The position numbers and the translations under genes are program-made. This document shows positions 11,301 to 24,256 of a stretch of DNA of 64,000 nt, piece after piece. The DNA comes from Antedon mediterranea (Eukaryota; Animalia; Echinodermata). The stretch's first letter is position 1. The number at the start of each line of letters is the position of its first letter. The stretch lies in NCBI RefSeq assembly GCF_964355755.1, contig NC_092676.1, positions 749,788-813,787 on the forward strand, read 5' to 3'. A model generated the notes under the pieces. The model saw only the letters and a program-made list of their open reading frames with translations, was not told where the DNA came from and searched no databases.

Positions 11301-14300
11301 TTACAAAAGTAATTGATATGGTTAATGATAACGAGTCGTCGGAAGATGGACCATTTCACGAATTTCCTATTTTGTATCCACAGTGTGATTTTGCCGTAGC
11401 TGCACTTGTAATCTGGCCTGATTTCACAGCCTTCGTTCTGCTTCACTGGGCGCTTATATAAATTGAAACTTTTACCGTTCAAGAGACAAACAAATATATT
11501 TTACATTTTTTACTATTCATTTTAAACCCGGAACGCCCCTTTGACACATGACCAGAATTGCCTTTGTAAAAAGTTGAATTAAATGTTACAAGTCTTACCT
11601 TAACACATGACCAGAATTGCCTTTGTAAAAAGTTGAATTAAATGTTACAAGTCTTACCTTAACACATGACCAGAATTGCCTTTGTAAAAAGTTGAATTAA
11701 ATGTTACAAGTCTTACCTTAACACATGACCAGAATTGCCTTTGTAAAAAGTTGAATGCACCAGAAGACCTGTTTTCAAGGACACTAAAATTTAGGAGAAA
11801 AATATGATTATTAAACACTTTGAGAGAAGACGCATAAATTGAATTTGAAAAATGAAGGTGAATGGTTAAGCTTGGAAAGGCTAGGATGCAAGCAAATGCA
11901 AGTCATTTGACCAATCACAAGCGATGGATTATTTAAACTGTTGTTTATCATTGGTCAACTCGATTGCATTGCACTTACATCATTGCATTGCTTAAATAGA
12001 ACACTACAGCTATTATCAATTATGCATTGCAGAGGAGTAGGTGGGGTACACCCAAGTCTAATACAGCATTCACTCAAATTAAAATATTTAAGTTAAAACT
12101 AACCTCTTTGGAAACAGAGGCATATAGACATCGTCATCTAGTGTTTTTCTCATGCGTGCCACTACTGCTGTTAGCAATGTCTGAGTGTTCTTGTTCTCAG
12201 TAGAGACTGTAGGATAGTCCTCTGATAGCTTATGCACCATGGTAACGAGACGATGTGTCTGAGATGTGGACATGGGATCCCATACATTCTCAACCAGACC
12301 TGCAAAAAGGTGTAAATTGATTAAAGAGCTATCTATTGGTTTGACTTTGGAAATGAATGCCTTAGCACTGAAAGTGTCATTCAGTATAAAAACAGAATAA
12401 ATAAATTAATATCTCCCTAAGTATGCTAAGATACTTAAATAAAATACCGGACTCATCTAAAATACTTACCACATAATTTTGGTATAACAAACTTGTCTAC
12501 AATGTTAGGTATAAGTTCAAGATCAGGATCGTCTCGGTCACACACATCAACATTTTGACAACCAAAGAATAATAAGTCATCATGCCACCTATACTCTTCT
12601 AAATCTTTGTTATTTGGCTGCAAATAGAAAGTGTTTCATTGTCTCAATGATAACCGTTCACAGAAATTCCATATTTCAAAACCCAATACAAGATGTGTTG
12701 TATTATTCAAGAGGGGTTTCATATGCTATGCCTCTATCACAAAGTCTGAGGTCAGAAGTAAGTAAATGAACCAAATGAACAGATTCTCTTACCTCCAAGG
12801 GATTCCAGCTTATCAGTTGTAGTTTAACAAACGGTGAAAATAATTTAGGTAAACAAAGGCTAATATACGCATCATGATATGATTCTGATTGGTCGAATTT
12901 CCAGGATTGGAATCGTTCTTCGATAGACACCACTGACTTAAAATCTTCTGTTACATCAGAAAACAGGGCATTGGCTTCCTCAATAAGACGGTCTATGTTT
13001 AGAACAAAAAAGGTCAGTTTATATTTTGCTCTTCTTAATTATAATTAACTTTTGTAGGATTCTAACACAGGTTATCTACTCAATACCTAAATAATTATCA
13101 ATATAGCATTATATACATTTATAATGTAACTAAAGTGAAATTTTAATCAAAGCAATTGGCAAAAAATATAAGAATATGAGAACTTTTGCCTAACAATTGT
13201 TAAGAATATTAATCTTAATACCTCATCACCTTATATTAAAGGACAACAACGTATAGGGATGTACATATGATTTCAGAACAATCGCAAGATTAAGGATATC
13301 GCCGCACGCGCTCGCCGTACAGCCGTCGCCTTACTTTTATCAGCAATAAATAGGATATCGCCGCATGCGCTCGCCGTACAGCCGTGGCCTTACTTTTATC
13401 AGCAATAAATAGGATATCGCCGCATGCGCTCGTCGTACAGCTGTCGCCTTACTTTTATCAGCAATAAATAGGATATCGCCGCATGCGCTCGCCGTACAGC
13501 CGTCGCCTTACTTTTATCAGCAATAAATAGGATATCGCCGCATGCGCTCGCCGTACAGCCGTCGCCTTACTTTTATCAGCAATAAATAGGATATCGCCGC
13601 ATGCGCTCGTCGTACAGCCGTCGCCTTACTTTTATCAGCAATAAATAGGATATCGCCGCATGCGCTCGTCGTACAGCCGTCGCCTTACTTTTATCAGCAA
13701 TAAATAGGATATCGCCGCATGCGCTCGTCGTACAGCCGTCGCCTTACTTTTATCAGCAATAAATAGGATATCGCCGCATGCGCTCGCCGTACAGCCGTCG
13801 CCTTACTTTTATCAGCAATAAATAGGATATCGCCGCATGCGCTCGCCGTACAGCCGTCGCCTTACTTTTATCAGCAATAAATAGGATATCGCCGCATGCG
13901 CTCGCCGTACAGCCGTCGCCTTACTTTTATCAGCAATAAATAGGATATCGCCGCATGCGCTCGTCGTACAGCCGTCGCCTTACTTTTATCAGCAATAAAT
14001 AGGATATCGCCGCATGCGCTCGCCGTACAGCCGTCGCCTTACTTTTATCAGCAATAAATAGGATATCGCCGCATGCGCTCGTCGTACAGCCGTCGCCTTA
14101 CTTTTATCAGCAATAAATAGGATATCGCCGCATGCGCTCGTCGTACAGCCGTCGCCTTACTTTTATCAGCAATAAATAGGATATCGCCGCATGCGCTCGT
14201 CGTACAGCCGTCGCCTTACTTTTATCAGCAATAAATAGGATATCGCCGCATGCGCTCGCCGTACAGCCGTCGCCTTACTTTTATCAGCAATAAATTTACT

Positions 14301-17300
14301 CTTGTTAGTTTCCATGATCTCGTCATCAGATGACATTCCTTCATAGTGCATTATTCCTTCTGTTTTACTTTCCCTCGCTCTTCGGCGTCTTGCTCTAGAC
14401 ATTTAAAAAATATTAATAACATAAAATAAAAGTATAACATATTATTACACATACAATGTTATTTTTGGGAAGAATTTAAAGCAATAGTACACGAATTGAA
14501 TGAAATGGACAATAAGAAAAAAATAACAATGTTATAATATCTAACATAAACATGTTAAGATTTAATACCTTCTTGCTTCTCTCTCTGCTATCCTTCGTTG
14601 CATTGTTTCTTCATCTTTATTCTTCTTCTTTCCTTTAATCCCTAGATTAGGTGCAGAGGCAGCTTTACTAGAGATAAACTCCGAGGCTTGATCCTTGATA
14701 TCAGTCTGTCTGCGTGTCACCAGCAGCTGAGCTCGTTGCTTTAGCAGTACATTCATTGTTAGATCCAAACCAGTAATTATTGGAACCTATGATTGAATAT
14801 ATGAAATCATTTATTAGTTAATTAGTTCAGATAAAATTTATGAATACAATATTAATTAACGAATTAATAATACTGAAAAATAATTAGTAAAAAAGCTAAA
14901 CTGTAACAAAAGTTTGAAATAAACTACACAGCAGCAGAACATAATTAGTTTGTTACTGCATATCATATATAAAAGAATTTAAAGAATTTTGTGAAAAAAA
15001 ATAAATGAACCACTTATTGTAAATAAGGTGGATAAGATAAAATAATAATATTTAGCCATTGGTGATAGAATTAGCCAGACATATCCCGTTCTAATTGTTT
15101 TTCTGGTATTGAAGGGTTAGTTATTTTTTTAAATATAGGGCCAAACATAGAACCGCAAAAAAACAAAACCTTCTTTAAATAAACAATATTTGACCAATGA
15201 TGACTGGCCATTTTTCGGAAAAATCCCTGTACTATAGTACATGAAAATTTTCGAAAAATGGCAAAATTTCGACCCTTTTTTTTACAAAACTAGTTACTAT
15301 GGCACTATAAGATGATGATAACACAATATATGCACATATATGGCAATATTATGGCATAATTATTGGATTTTAAAAAGTGGATATTTTTCGAAAAAAAATA
15401 GTTCCAGTACTATCAAAAGTCTTTCTGATATTGAAGAATGTGTACATCGTAATTTATCAGCTCCCAACGTCATTTAATGTTAAGACCCACCTTTTCATTG
15501 AGGCATTCAATCAAGTCACTGACATACCCCCTCATCTCCTGAAAAAACGAATATTGTTCCGAAGCAACTTTTGTTGACTCCTTAAGTTTTTCTGAATTGT
15601 GTCGAGATGATTCAAGTTGATCGTTTAATTTGTCATCTTCTCTCTCATGAGACCTGTAAACCTCATCAACAGATTCATATCTAAAACAATTACAACATAC
15701 TGTCACATGTTCCTGTCAACAACATTGTCACATTGTTCTGTCAAAAATATTGTCACATTGTTCTGTCAAAAATATTGTCACATACAGTATCATGTTCCTG
15801 TAAAAAATATTATTACATAATAATTATGTTCCAGTCAAAAATATTGTCACATTGTTCTGTAAAAAATATTGTCACATACAGTATCATGTTCCTGTTATTA
15901 TTATTACATAATATTATGTTCTGGTCAAAAATATTACCACATAACATGTAAAATACTATATACACTGTAGTTCATGACAGACATGTGGAAGACATTTGTG
16001 AATACAAATAATGAATAATAAAGGTAAAATAGTAACTGAACACATTACACCATGAATCAGTGGTAAAATAGTACTGTAAAACCCGATATGAATACTGACC
16101 TGTCAGCGATAGTTTTCTTTAACGTATCTAATGACACGACAGGAATGTGCATTGGTAAGAGCGCCATCGGTGGCGGCGGGGCTTCATCGCTATATTCCAA
16201 TACACCATAGTCCTCAGAATATGTCACAGGGGCAAGATATGGTGCATCAGAAGGGTAATAATAAGCAGCTTGTGATGTACTCTGTTCAACCTGGCCCTAT
16301 GTAACATATTAAAAATATGAGTGTGCATTTTATCACAGTGATTGTTTAATTATAAATTGAGATAGTAAAATATGGTAATTCATAAATATATGAGGTATTT
16401 AGTATGAATTAGACAGACTGCTTGTGTCATTATTATCAGACATTTACAGGGGGTGGGGGTGGAGAAGAAAGAACAACTTGCTTCCTGAAGACACTTATTA
16501 CTGTAAACATCAATGAAAGTATGTGTTGTTCCTTTTTTTTTGTAGAAAAACAAAATCTTCTGTAAAAATCCTTACTACAAGCTTGGTTAAAACACATGTT
16601 TCTTTATATACTCTACTCTGTATGTTGTTGCTGTATTGTGGTGAGTAGTTAGTAACATACTTGTCAACACATGTTTCTTTATATACTCTACTCTGTATGT
16701 TGTTGCTGTATTGTGGTGAGTAGTTAGTAACATACTTGTTAACACATGTTTCTATATATACTCTACTCTGTATGTTGTTGCTGTATTGTGGTGAGTAGTT
16801 AGTAACATACTTGTCAACACATGTTTCTTTATATACTCTACTCTGTATGTTGTTGCTGTATTGTGGTGAGTAGTTTAACATACTTGTTAACACATGTTTC
16901 TATATATACTCTACTCTGTATGTTGTTGCTGTATTGTGGTGAGTAGTTGGTAACATACTTGTTAACACATGTTTCTATATATACTCTACTCTGTATGTTG
17001 TTGCTGTATTGTGGTGAGTAGTTAGTAACATACTTGTTAACACATGTTTCTATATATACTCTACTCTGTATGTTGTTGCTGTATTGTGGTGAGTAGTTAG
17101 TAACATACTTGTTAACACATGTTTCTATATATACTCTACTCTGTATGTTGTTGCTGTATTGTGGTGAGTAGTTAGTAACATACTTGTCAACACATGTTTC
17201 TTTATATACTCTACTCTGTATGTTGTTGCTGTATTGTGGTGAGTAGTTTAACTTACTTGTTAACACATGTTTCTATATATACTCTACTCTGTATGTTGTT

Positions 17301-19829
17301 GCTGTATTGTGGTGAGTAGTTAGTAACATACTTGTCAACACATGTTTCTTTATATACTCTACTCTGTATGTTGTTGCTGTATTGTGGTGAGTAGTTTAAC
17401 TTACTTGTTAACACATGTTTCTATATATACTCTACTCTGTATGTTGTTGCTGTATTGTGGTGAGTAGTTAGTAGCATACTTGTTAACACATGTTTCTTTA
17501 TATACTCTACTCTGTATGTTGTTGCTGTATTGTGGTGAGTAGTTAGTAACATACTTGTCAAGGGTGAATAATTTACCTGAGGTGCATTTGTATTAATGCC
17601 TTTCCTAATTTGCTCTTCCTCAAACAAATCCATCTCACGTTTATCATGGTTATCAGACGCAAACTGATCTGGAAATCATAATAATTCAGAAAGATTAAGA
17701 TTTACAAATACTAAATAAAACTATTGAGCTTTAAGATGATTTTTTTATATTTCATAAGCATCCAACAGCGAGCACAAACTCGCCAATTATTTTATAATTT
17801 TACATGCTTATAAAGTCTCATTTGAGGCTTAGGGAGTGGAGTTGAAAGAATCGTGAGTTACAAACCCAAACCTTGGGATTGGAAGGCAAACACGTTAACC
17901 ACCAAGCTACAGCTCCACTACAAAGTGGGTAGTTGTTAGTTGTTACTTGGTGTAGTGATGCTAGTATGCTAGTGGTATATTAGACAGTGTCTTGTATCCA
18001 ACATGGCAACACAGTAACTTACTTATATCAATAGATTCAATGATCCTTTCGCGATTTGTCTTATGACGGACCGAGAAGCCCATCCTTTTATCATCGTCAT
18101 CGTCATCACTGTTATCATTATCATCGTCTCTGATAAGACGCGAGTCGTTGGTTGCATACGTTTGAGTGTCATCTATGGCTATGTAATCTTGCTGACCCAT
18201 CTCTCGCGCCATTTGCCGTTTCTTTCTAGCCATGTGAATCAAGTTTGCATCTGGTATTGAACCTGAGGATAATGAGAAGAAAAATAATGTAATGAGATTG
18301 CAATTTAGTATCATTAAATTGTGTTTGAAATACCTCTAAAACTCATTCAGATACACTATCAAACTAGTTTGACAAAAAAGTGTGATGTTGTAAATATGGT
18401 AGTGATATGGCTAAATATGGTAGTGAAATGACATCATCATGTCCATACTGTATATGGGCACATCACTTTTTTATGTCACATACAGTTTGAAAGTGTAGAC
18501 AGAGCTTAACACTGTTTTTTTTTATACCCCTTACACAGTAGTACATTGTACTGTAAAATGATTATTGAGGGCACGTGTTTCAACACTTTGGCCAACTCTT
18601 AATCAGAAGAGATTGTATTAGATCCAGAAGCTGTTCTCTAAATAGCATTCTACTGTATTCCTATACAATGTTCACTCTTTACAGAAAGTATTCAATAGAG
18701 AGAAGTTTTTAAAAAGAAGTTTATTTTTAAAGTGAAAACAGTAACTAGAAATGTTACCAAGTATGTAGTTAAGATGAACAATATCTACCTGTAGTTAAGT
18801 TTCTAAATTTGCCAGCAATTTCATTTTTATCATCCTCTTCTTCAGCCATTGCCTCTGCTACCTTACCACTCAGAATTATGTTCTCCTTCTTGAGGGACGC
18901 CAGCTTCTCTTTTGTGTACTGACCTATAAAGAAGAAATTTTTTTTTAAATAACAAATAGAGATGTTTAAAATTGTAATGTAAATAATCACACCTTACATG
19001 GTACTCTCAAATGTCTGTCTTACATTTTACTGTCTCATAGGTATAAAATACATATCTATTTTTATGGATATTTATCTGAAATAAAAGAAATGCATGAAAA
19101 ATTTAAACGACCTCTGGTTACAGATCAGGTCCAGGATCTAATTTAATAATTCTAATTACCACCCATATCAATACTTACCTGTACTAGCTAATTGTGTGTT
19201 ACTGGGATCATTTTTAGGTTGCTTCTTATCCAATTCTTTTAGTTCTTTTTGACGATCTTTTGCCTTTTTGGCCATCTTCTTGCTGTGACTAGACTTCTTT
19301 ACTTTGAAAACTTCGGCTAAGCAAAAGAAAAACATACATCATCATCATCTATTCATATCATTATCAATTCATTCGGGCAAGCCATTGTTTTTTTTAAAAT
19401 ATTAATTATTACTATTAATATTATTAAATCTGTTATTTTAATCTACAACAGATGGTAATGATTCGAATACATATTGGCTTTTTTGCCACCGCCCAACTTA
19501 GCCATTAAGTAAATCAAAATAAATAATCATAAGCTAGGCCTAGTCCGAAGTTGGTACGTACCGCCGCTCTCGTCTTCTTCATCGCCGAAGCTGAGTCCTA
19601 TCCCTAGGCCTACACCACCTGCAGACTTCGTGTCTGCATCCTTCAGTTTGTCTTTCTTTTTCTTCCTCTTCTCATTTTTTTCTTTCGCATTTTTTAGTAT
19701 TTCCGTATGGTAATTTTCTTCTAAAAATGGAATTTCAGTAGGCTGAGATTCTTCGTCACTTTGGACATCTCGTTTTCGAATGTTTCTATTTCGTTTTTTA
19801 AACTTCACGGCCGCTGAATCGTCTTCCAT
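8345..19829 (-). CDS. PAXBP1: PAX3/PAX7-binding protein 1 (GCFC1/GCFC2/Ntr2 family), 15 coding exons, ~874 aa
   Basis: Exons 19829-19562, 19316-19179, 18923-18789, 18262-18023, 17668-17577, 16296-16100, 15680-15491, 14786-14569, 14394-14279, 12992-12793, 12617-12470, 12299-12104, 11783-11717, 8989-8843, 8617-8345. All are GT-AG with consistent phases (2625 nt). Family motifs LSFGDEE, EVFKVKKSSHSKK, IPDANLIHMARKKRQMARE, EEEQIRKG, FFQEMRGYVSDLIECLNEK, EGMSSDDE, YHDAYISLCLPKL, WDPMSTSQT, RQFWSCVKLLGN. Confidence 0.95.
9024..9712 (+). mobile_element. Non-autonomous Helentron/DINE-1-like (HINE) element in PAXBP1 intron 13
   Basis: 5' ACCTCCGCC (9027-9035) with a nearby partial inverted copy GGAGGT, a (GTTT)n microsatellite, subterminal GGCGGAGGT (9676-9684), a short hairpin and a CTAGT end in a T-rich site. 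Confidence 0.75.
9903..11756. repeat. 59-bp tandem repeat of the PAXBP1 exon-13 3' end plus donor (~5 copies), split into 9903-9989 and 11541-11756
   Basis: Unit CCTTAACACATGACCAGAATTGCCTTTGTAAAAAGTTGAATTAAATGTTACAAGTCTTA. Confidence 0.95.
9990..11540. mobile_element. Kolobok-like non-autonomous DNA transposon (1551 bp) inserted at TTAA
   Basis: TIRs AGGGGGATTCTGGGTTTAAAAT and reverse complement AGGGGCGTTCCGGGTTTAAAAT (19/22 match). Flanked by TTAA (9986-9989) and TTGA (11541-11544), and it interrupts a 59-bp repeat unit exactly. No transposase ORF seen. Confidence 0.8.
13294..14295. repeat. 59-bp CpG-rich minisatellite, 17 copies, containing the PAXBP1 exon-9 3' end plus donor
   Basis: Unit GGATATCGCCGCATGCGCTCGYCGTACAGCCGTCGCCTTACTTTTATCAGCAATAAATA. 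Donors run from 13334 to 14278, exactly 16x59 bp apart. Confidence 0.97.
15700..15950. repeat. Degenerate minisatellite in PAXBP1 intron 6
   Basis: Repeated TGTCACATTGTTCTGTCAAAAATAT variants. Confidence 0.75.
16590..17560. repeat. ~75-bp minisatellite (~13 copies) in PAXBP1 intron 5
   Basis: Unit AACACATGTTTCTWTATATACTCTACTCTGTATGTTGTTGCTGTATTGTGGTGAGTAGTTAGTAACATACTTGTY with 4-bp deletion variants. It accounts for the 25-aa periodic ORFs in the track. Confidence 0.97.
17830..17920 (-). mobile_element. Degenerate tRNA-derived SINE head
   Basis: Minus strand GGAGCTGTAGCTTGGTGGTTAACGTGTTTGCCTTCCAATCCCAAGG.. has an A-box-like start but a decayed B box. Confidence 0.35.
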
Positions 19830-22060
19830 CTTGAAAATTGAGGGAGCGTGTATTATTAGATGTCGCTCGAGTATATCCGCCACCAAGAGTTCGAGCACGA
19901 TTGTGATTGTATGAAGGCTCAAAAGGAACACTCCCCAAATATTAATATTAGGCCTATATAAAATAATAACTTTATTACTACAAAATGGCCTATTCAAAGT
20001 TTTATTTTATTCATCTTCCATCGTTTTGGGGCCAATAAATCTAGTTTAAATAATGCAACTTGATGTTTTATAGGCCATACGAATTACAATTTAGGATCAG
20101 ACATTAATGTTTATAACATACTTTGATCTATATCGCAATGGCATGATGCACTTTTTAAAACATTTGTAAGGGCCTTTTTTTACTGTATACGTTATGCATA
20201 AAGAAATAGTATTAATAGGTCCTCATCCATTATTGTTTTGTTTTATGGCACATAATTAAGTTTTAGATGATCATGACCTAATGTTTATAAGGCTATTGTA
20301 ACTCTTCCACACGTGGTATGTACTTTTAAAATGGGTTATTACATTATAATTCTTCTGTTAAACCTAATAAAAATATATTAGACATAATATGTATACCATG
20401 AAACTATCATTTAAATTATGTTTTGAATTCTTTGTAGGCCCAATGCAATCAAGTTATATTACTAATCCATCATGGATGGCACAAGACAAATTAACTTTTA
20501 GATTGTAACTTAATTTAAATTATATTCGCAAACAATGTTAGAAATGTTACGTCACCATGTACAATGTAAATGTCTTTGGAATCTTAACGCCCTTTTTTGG
20601 CTTATTTGAGATTTCACACATAAACAAAGATTTAACCACGTTTTTTGTCTCTTTTATTTTTATTTTGTTCTTACTTTATGTGGAACAATAAAAATAAATG
20701 AATGTATACGTTTTGAAATTCTTAAGGCGAATTCCGTGATACAGCATGTGTTTCACATCGTCATACCGTACAAGACATTTACAGTAGTTCCCACATACAG
20801 TTATTTTTGACCGATTGATTGACGTGATAACAAAATATTGTAAACAGAACTACAATTCATCCGTCCACATGATGTGTAGTGTCTATATTAAAAAAAAGTG
20901 ATTATCAATAATAACTTTAGAACATGTTCTTTGTCGGTCTTCTAAGCCATACACATCCGGGCTATTGCGCACGTACAATCGAAATTATTATATTGATAAA
21001 TATGCGAAGGACGATTTTTAGATCAGTCGGCCTACACAACAAAGCAGTTTGCTTAAGTTCGATTCACACTTAACAATTTTGAACAGATTAACACTAAAAA
21101 AGAATAAGTGAAGCATTTAAAAGTGACGTTGTCTTTTCATTTTTTGGCATTTTATTACAGAACTTTCACATACGCAGGGGCGCATATAAACAGATTTCAC
21201 TGCATTAAGACCAACCCTATGCAGGCCTCGCTACCACCTGATAGGCCTAACGTAATATTTCAGCATTGACAAACGAAAGTAACTCGATCTCATATCATGT
21301 GAATATATTAAATATTGAAGCAAACACGGGGCTGTCAAACAACAGAAAAGGTAGGTGTGTCGTCTTCCGGGTTGACAATAACACATAACAATAGGCTACA
21401 CGTCAGGTAAACGATTGACACTGTTAGGCAGGGAGTTAACAACTCCCTGGTTCAGGCTTGGGTACCGTGATCCTAGGTAACCGATGACTATAGTATATTA
21501 TAGTATAGTACTGTATCTTGAATGTGATCGTAAATGAATATAGTATGCCCACCGATATTGTTGTTAACTTAACTTGTACTGTATTCATATGCCTGAGTCT
21601 TTGTTAGTATTAAATTAAGGTATTTCTTCCCGATTTGCATTTTGTCTGGCTTTCACACTATCGAATCGCCCACCCGTGTCGTGTGAACAGGTGATAGCTA
21701 CAACCCCTGGTCATCTATTGTATATAGGCCTATACATTGATATCTATCATCGATACGTGACCATCAATCACTCTACCATGTTTACTAAATGAAACATTTA
21801 ATATTTACATTACAAACATGCATTATGCACTGTAATATTATTTGTTATAGATATATAATTACACACGATTTAGGATTACGACGACAGAAGGTTTGAAATC
21901 GATTTGCTATTCCTATTGAATAACACATCGCGTTGCACACTGTATAAGAATGTATTATTATTATTCATTTCTATCTAATTTGCTATCAATAAAAGAACTA
22001 TGGGAGCTGATGACGTAGGCACTTCTTACAATATATTGGCAGTCATAACTTAATTGATTG

Positions 22061-22310
22061 TAAAGCTTGGTTCCCACTAGCACGCAACGCAAGGATGATC
22101 AGTGGTCAGGATCCCTAAAGCTTGGTTCCCACTAGCACGAAACGCAAGGATGATCAGTGGTCATAAAGCTTAGTTCTCACTAGGACGTAAATTCAACGCA
22201 AGCGTGTTGAATGACAAGCGAAAGTTCGAATCAAATCAATCGCGTGTGATTGGTCAATTCACTTACGTTGCGTTACGTCCTTGTGTTGCGTCTTTAGTAG
22301 TAACCAAGCA
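22061..22310. mobile_element. MITE family B (PIF/Harbinger-like), copy with a triplicated left end
   Basis: AGCTTGGTTCCCACTAG...CGCAACGCAAG...TGATTGGTCAA...AACCAAGC; the left end recurs at ~22061, ~22117 and ~22165. Confidence 0.7.
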
Positions 22311-22516
22311 TACGTATCGGAAATATCAACGCAAAATAGGGCAACGCACTTAATTTTACTTAATGTTTACAATTTTCTCTCTCCCCCTGTTTCAAAATCC
22401 TAGATCCGCCACTGGCCTAACTCTCATTGAATTATTTATATTTATTGCTATATTTTGTTTTACAGAACTGGCTAGATAATATCATTTAAAAACTTTAAAC
22501 TGTTAGAAATAGGAAT

Positions 22517-24256
22517 ATGAAGATAACAGTAGTTGGTTCAACCGGTCAGACTGGTTACCATGTAGTTCGACTGGCACTTAAAGCTGGACATGAAGTACAA
22601 GCACTCTTACGTAATCCAGCTAAGATGCCACTCAAGCACCAACGGTTAACGGTAAGCAGAACTCGGATCTCTTCCAAAACAACATACAAAAAAAAATTCA
22701 AAATTTAAATGCTGTCAGAAACCGTTGATTGGAAATTTTGAGAACAAAAGGAAATTACAAAAAAAAAAAACACGTTCAGAGGGAAAGAAATCCTTTTTGA
22801 ATTTTGAGAATAAAATGCAATCGTTGTCAGCAGACTAACTGACCGACCGACGTCATTCATGCTTGACGAAATAAAAATTCCGAGATTCTGTCTATTGTTG
22901 TCTAAAAGCATAATTATACTATGAATGTTTGAATTATGTATGGCACGCCTACGTATGGAACGCAAAAAAGGCATTAATATCGTAACAAAACTCTCAACTA
23001 AACATTAAATACCGTACTTTTCTTCTGTAGGTTATTAAAGGAAACGTGCTATCAGAAACCTTTTTAGCGACAAACTTTGCTGATCAAGATGTGGTTATTT
23101 CGTGTCTGAACACGCATCCTGGACTGTGCGTCAAGATAACGCTATACACAGATTCTATTGAAGTTATAACAGGTGCTATGAGGCAAGCTGGAGTGAAAAG
23201 GTTAATTACGATGACGTCATGGTGTACTGGAAGTAGGTTTATAACAATATGCATACTATGAAATAATATTTAAAATAATTTTGGGTGCCAAAAATATGTT
23301 TTTGATGTGCGTGAGAATACAGTATTATCAGAGGTATAACTTTTATAGGAACAAACACTATACAAGCAAAAAATGGCATCATTTTGTATCAAACTCCCAA
23401 CACACTCTAAAGCTCTGTCTACATTATCAAATTTTATGTGACGAAAACAAGTGATGTGCCCATATATGGACATGATGTCATATAACTATCTTATTTAACT
23501 TGCAGGTGATCCAAAGGACCCAGGTCCATTCCTCATGGAGTATATTTTGAAGCCTCTCTTCATGAAGATAATTCTGGAGAATATGACGTGTATGGAAGAA
23601 TACCTGATGAAGGAATGCCATGACATCATCTACACAATTGTCAGACCACCAAGAGTTGTCAAGGATCGTACATCTGGTAATCTTCTTCTTTTTTTCTTCA
23701 GCCTATATCGTCCCACTGCTACCAAAAAGGCCTCTCTCAACTGGTGCCAGTTGTCTTTTTGTCATGAGAAAGAAATCTTTGCGCGCGTCTGATTTGAAAA
23801 TAGGTCTCTGTGATCTTCACCAAGTTCTAACTCCACTACTAACGGACTGAAATACATTTCCACTAGAGTAGACAGAATGATGTTGTTTTAGCTAAACAAT
23901 ATTAATTCTTTTCTTATTTAGGTAAGGAGTTAATATCCCAGGAAAGATTCCACGTGAAAGAAGCATGTAGTACGATTCCAAACGTTGATGTGGCAAAGTT
24001 TATGGTGTCTTGTGCTGAAACTTCAACGTGGGAATCAAAAGCTGTCGCCATTGGCGTACCTTGGAAAATTGTAAGTTCAAGATTTAATATACTGATCAAC
24101 ACCGTTATAATGTCTATCCAATTATCATAGAATGCCATCGAGAGAATATGAACTGAACATGTTTCTCTGTGCGGCTTCACTGTCGTGACGTCACTCTCTA
24201 CACATGACACCACATTCTAGCAACTAGCATTTTTTTTTGTTTCTTCACAGATTTGA
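22517..24256 (+). CDS. BLVRB: Flavin reductase (NADPH) / biliverdin reductase B-like protein, copy 2 (~220 aa)
   Basis: Exons 22517-22651, 23031-23232, 23506-23676, 23922-24070 and probably 24251-24256 (ATT TGA). The first three exon lengths (135/202/171) equal those of copy 1. Motifs MKITVVGSTGQTG, GVKRLITMTSW, YTIVRPP, DVAKFM. An acceptor at ~22464 implies a 5' UTR exon. Confidence 0.88.

Noticed and set aside
13294-14295. Regular repeat array as a CRISPR array
   Set aside because: Units are head-to-tail with no unique spacers, there are no cas genes, and the context is a eukaryotic intron.
16510-17560. ORFs with 25-aa periodicity as repeat proteins
   Set aside because: They are translations of an intronic 75-bp minisatellite. 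The PAXBP1 frame closes properly without them.
19830-19997. N-terminal extension of PAXBP1 shown in the ORF track
   Set aside because: It starts at a non-ATG codon. The first ATG in good context is at 19829 (AAGATGG), so this is likely 5' UTR or promoter.
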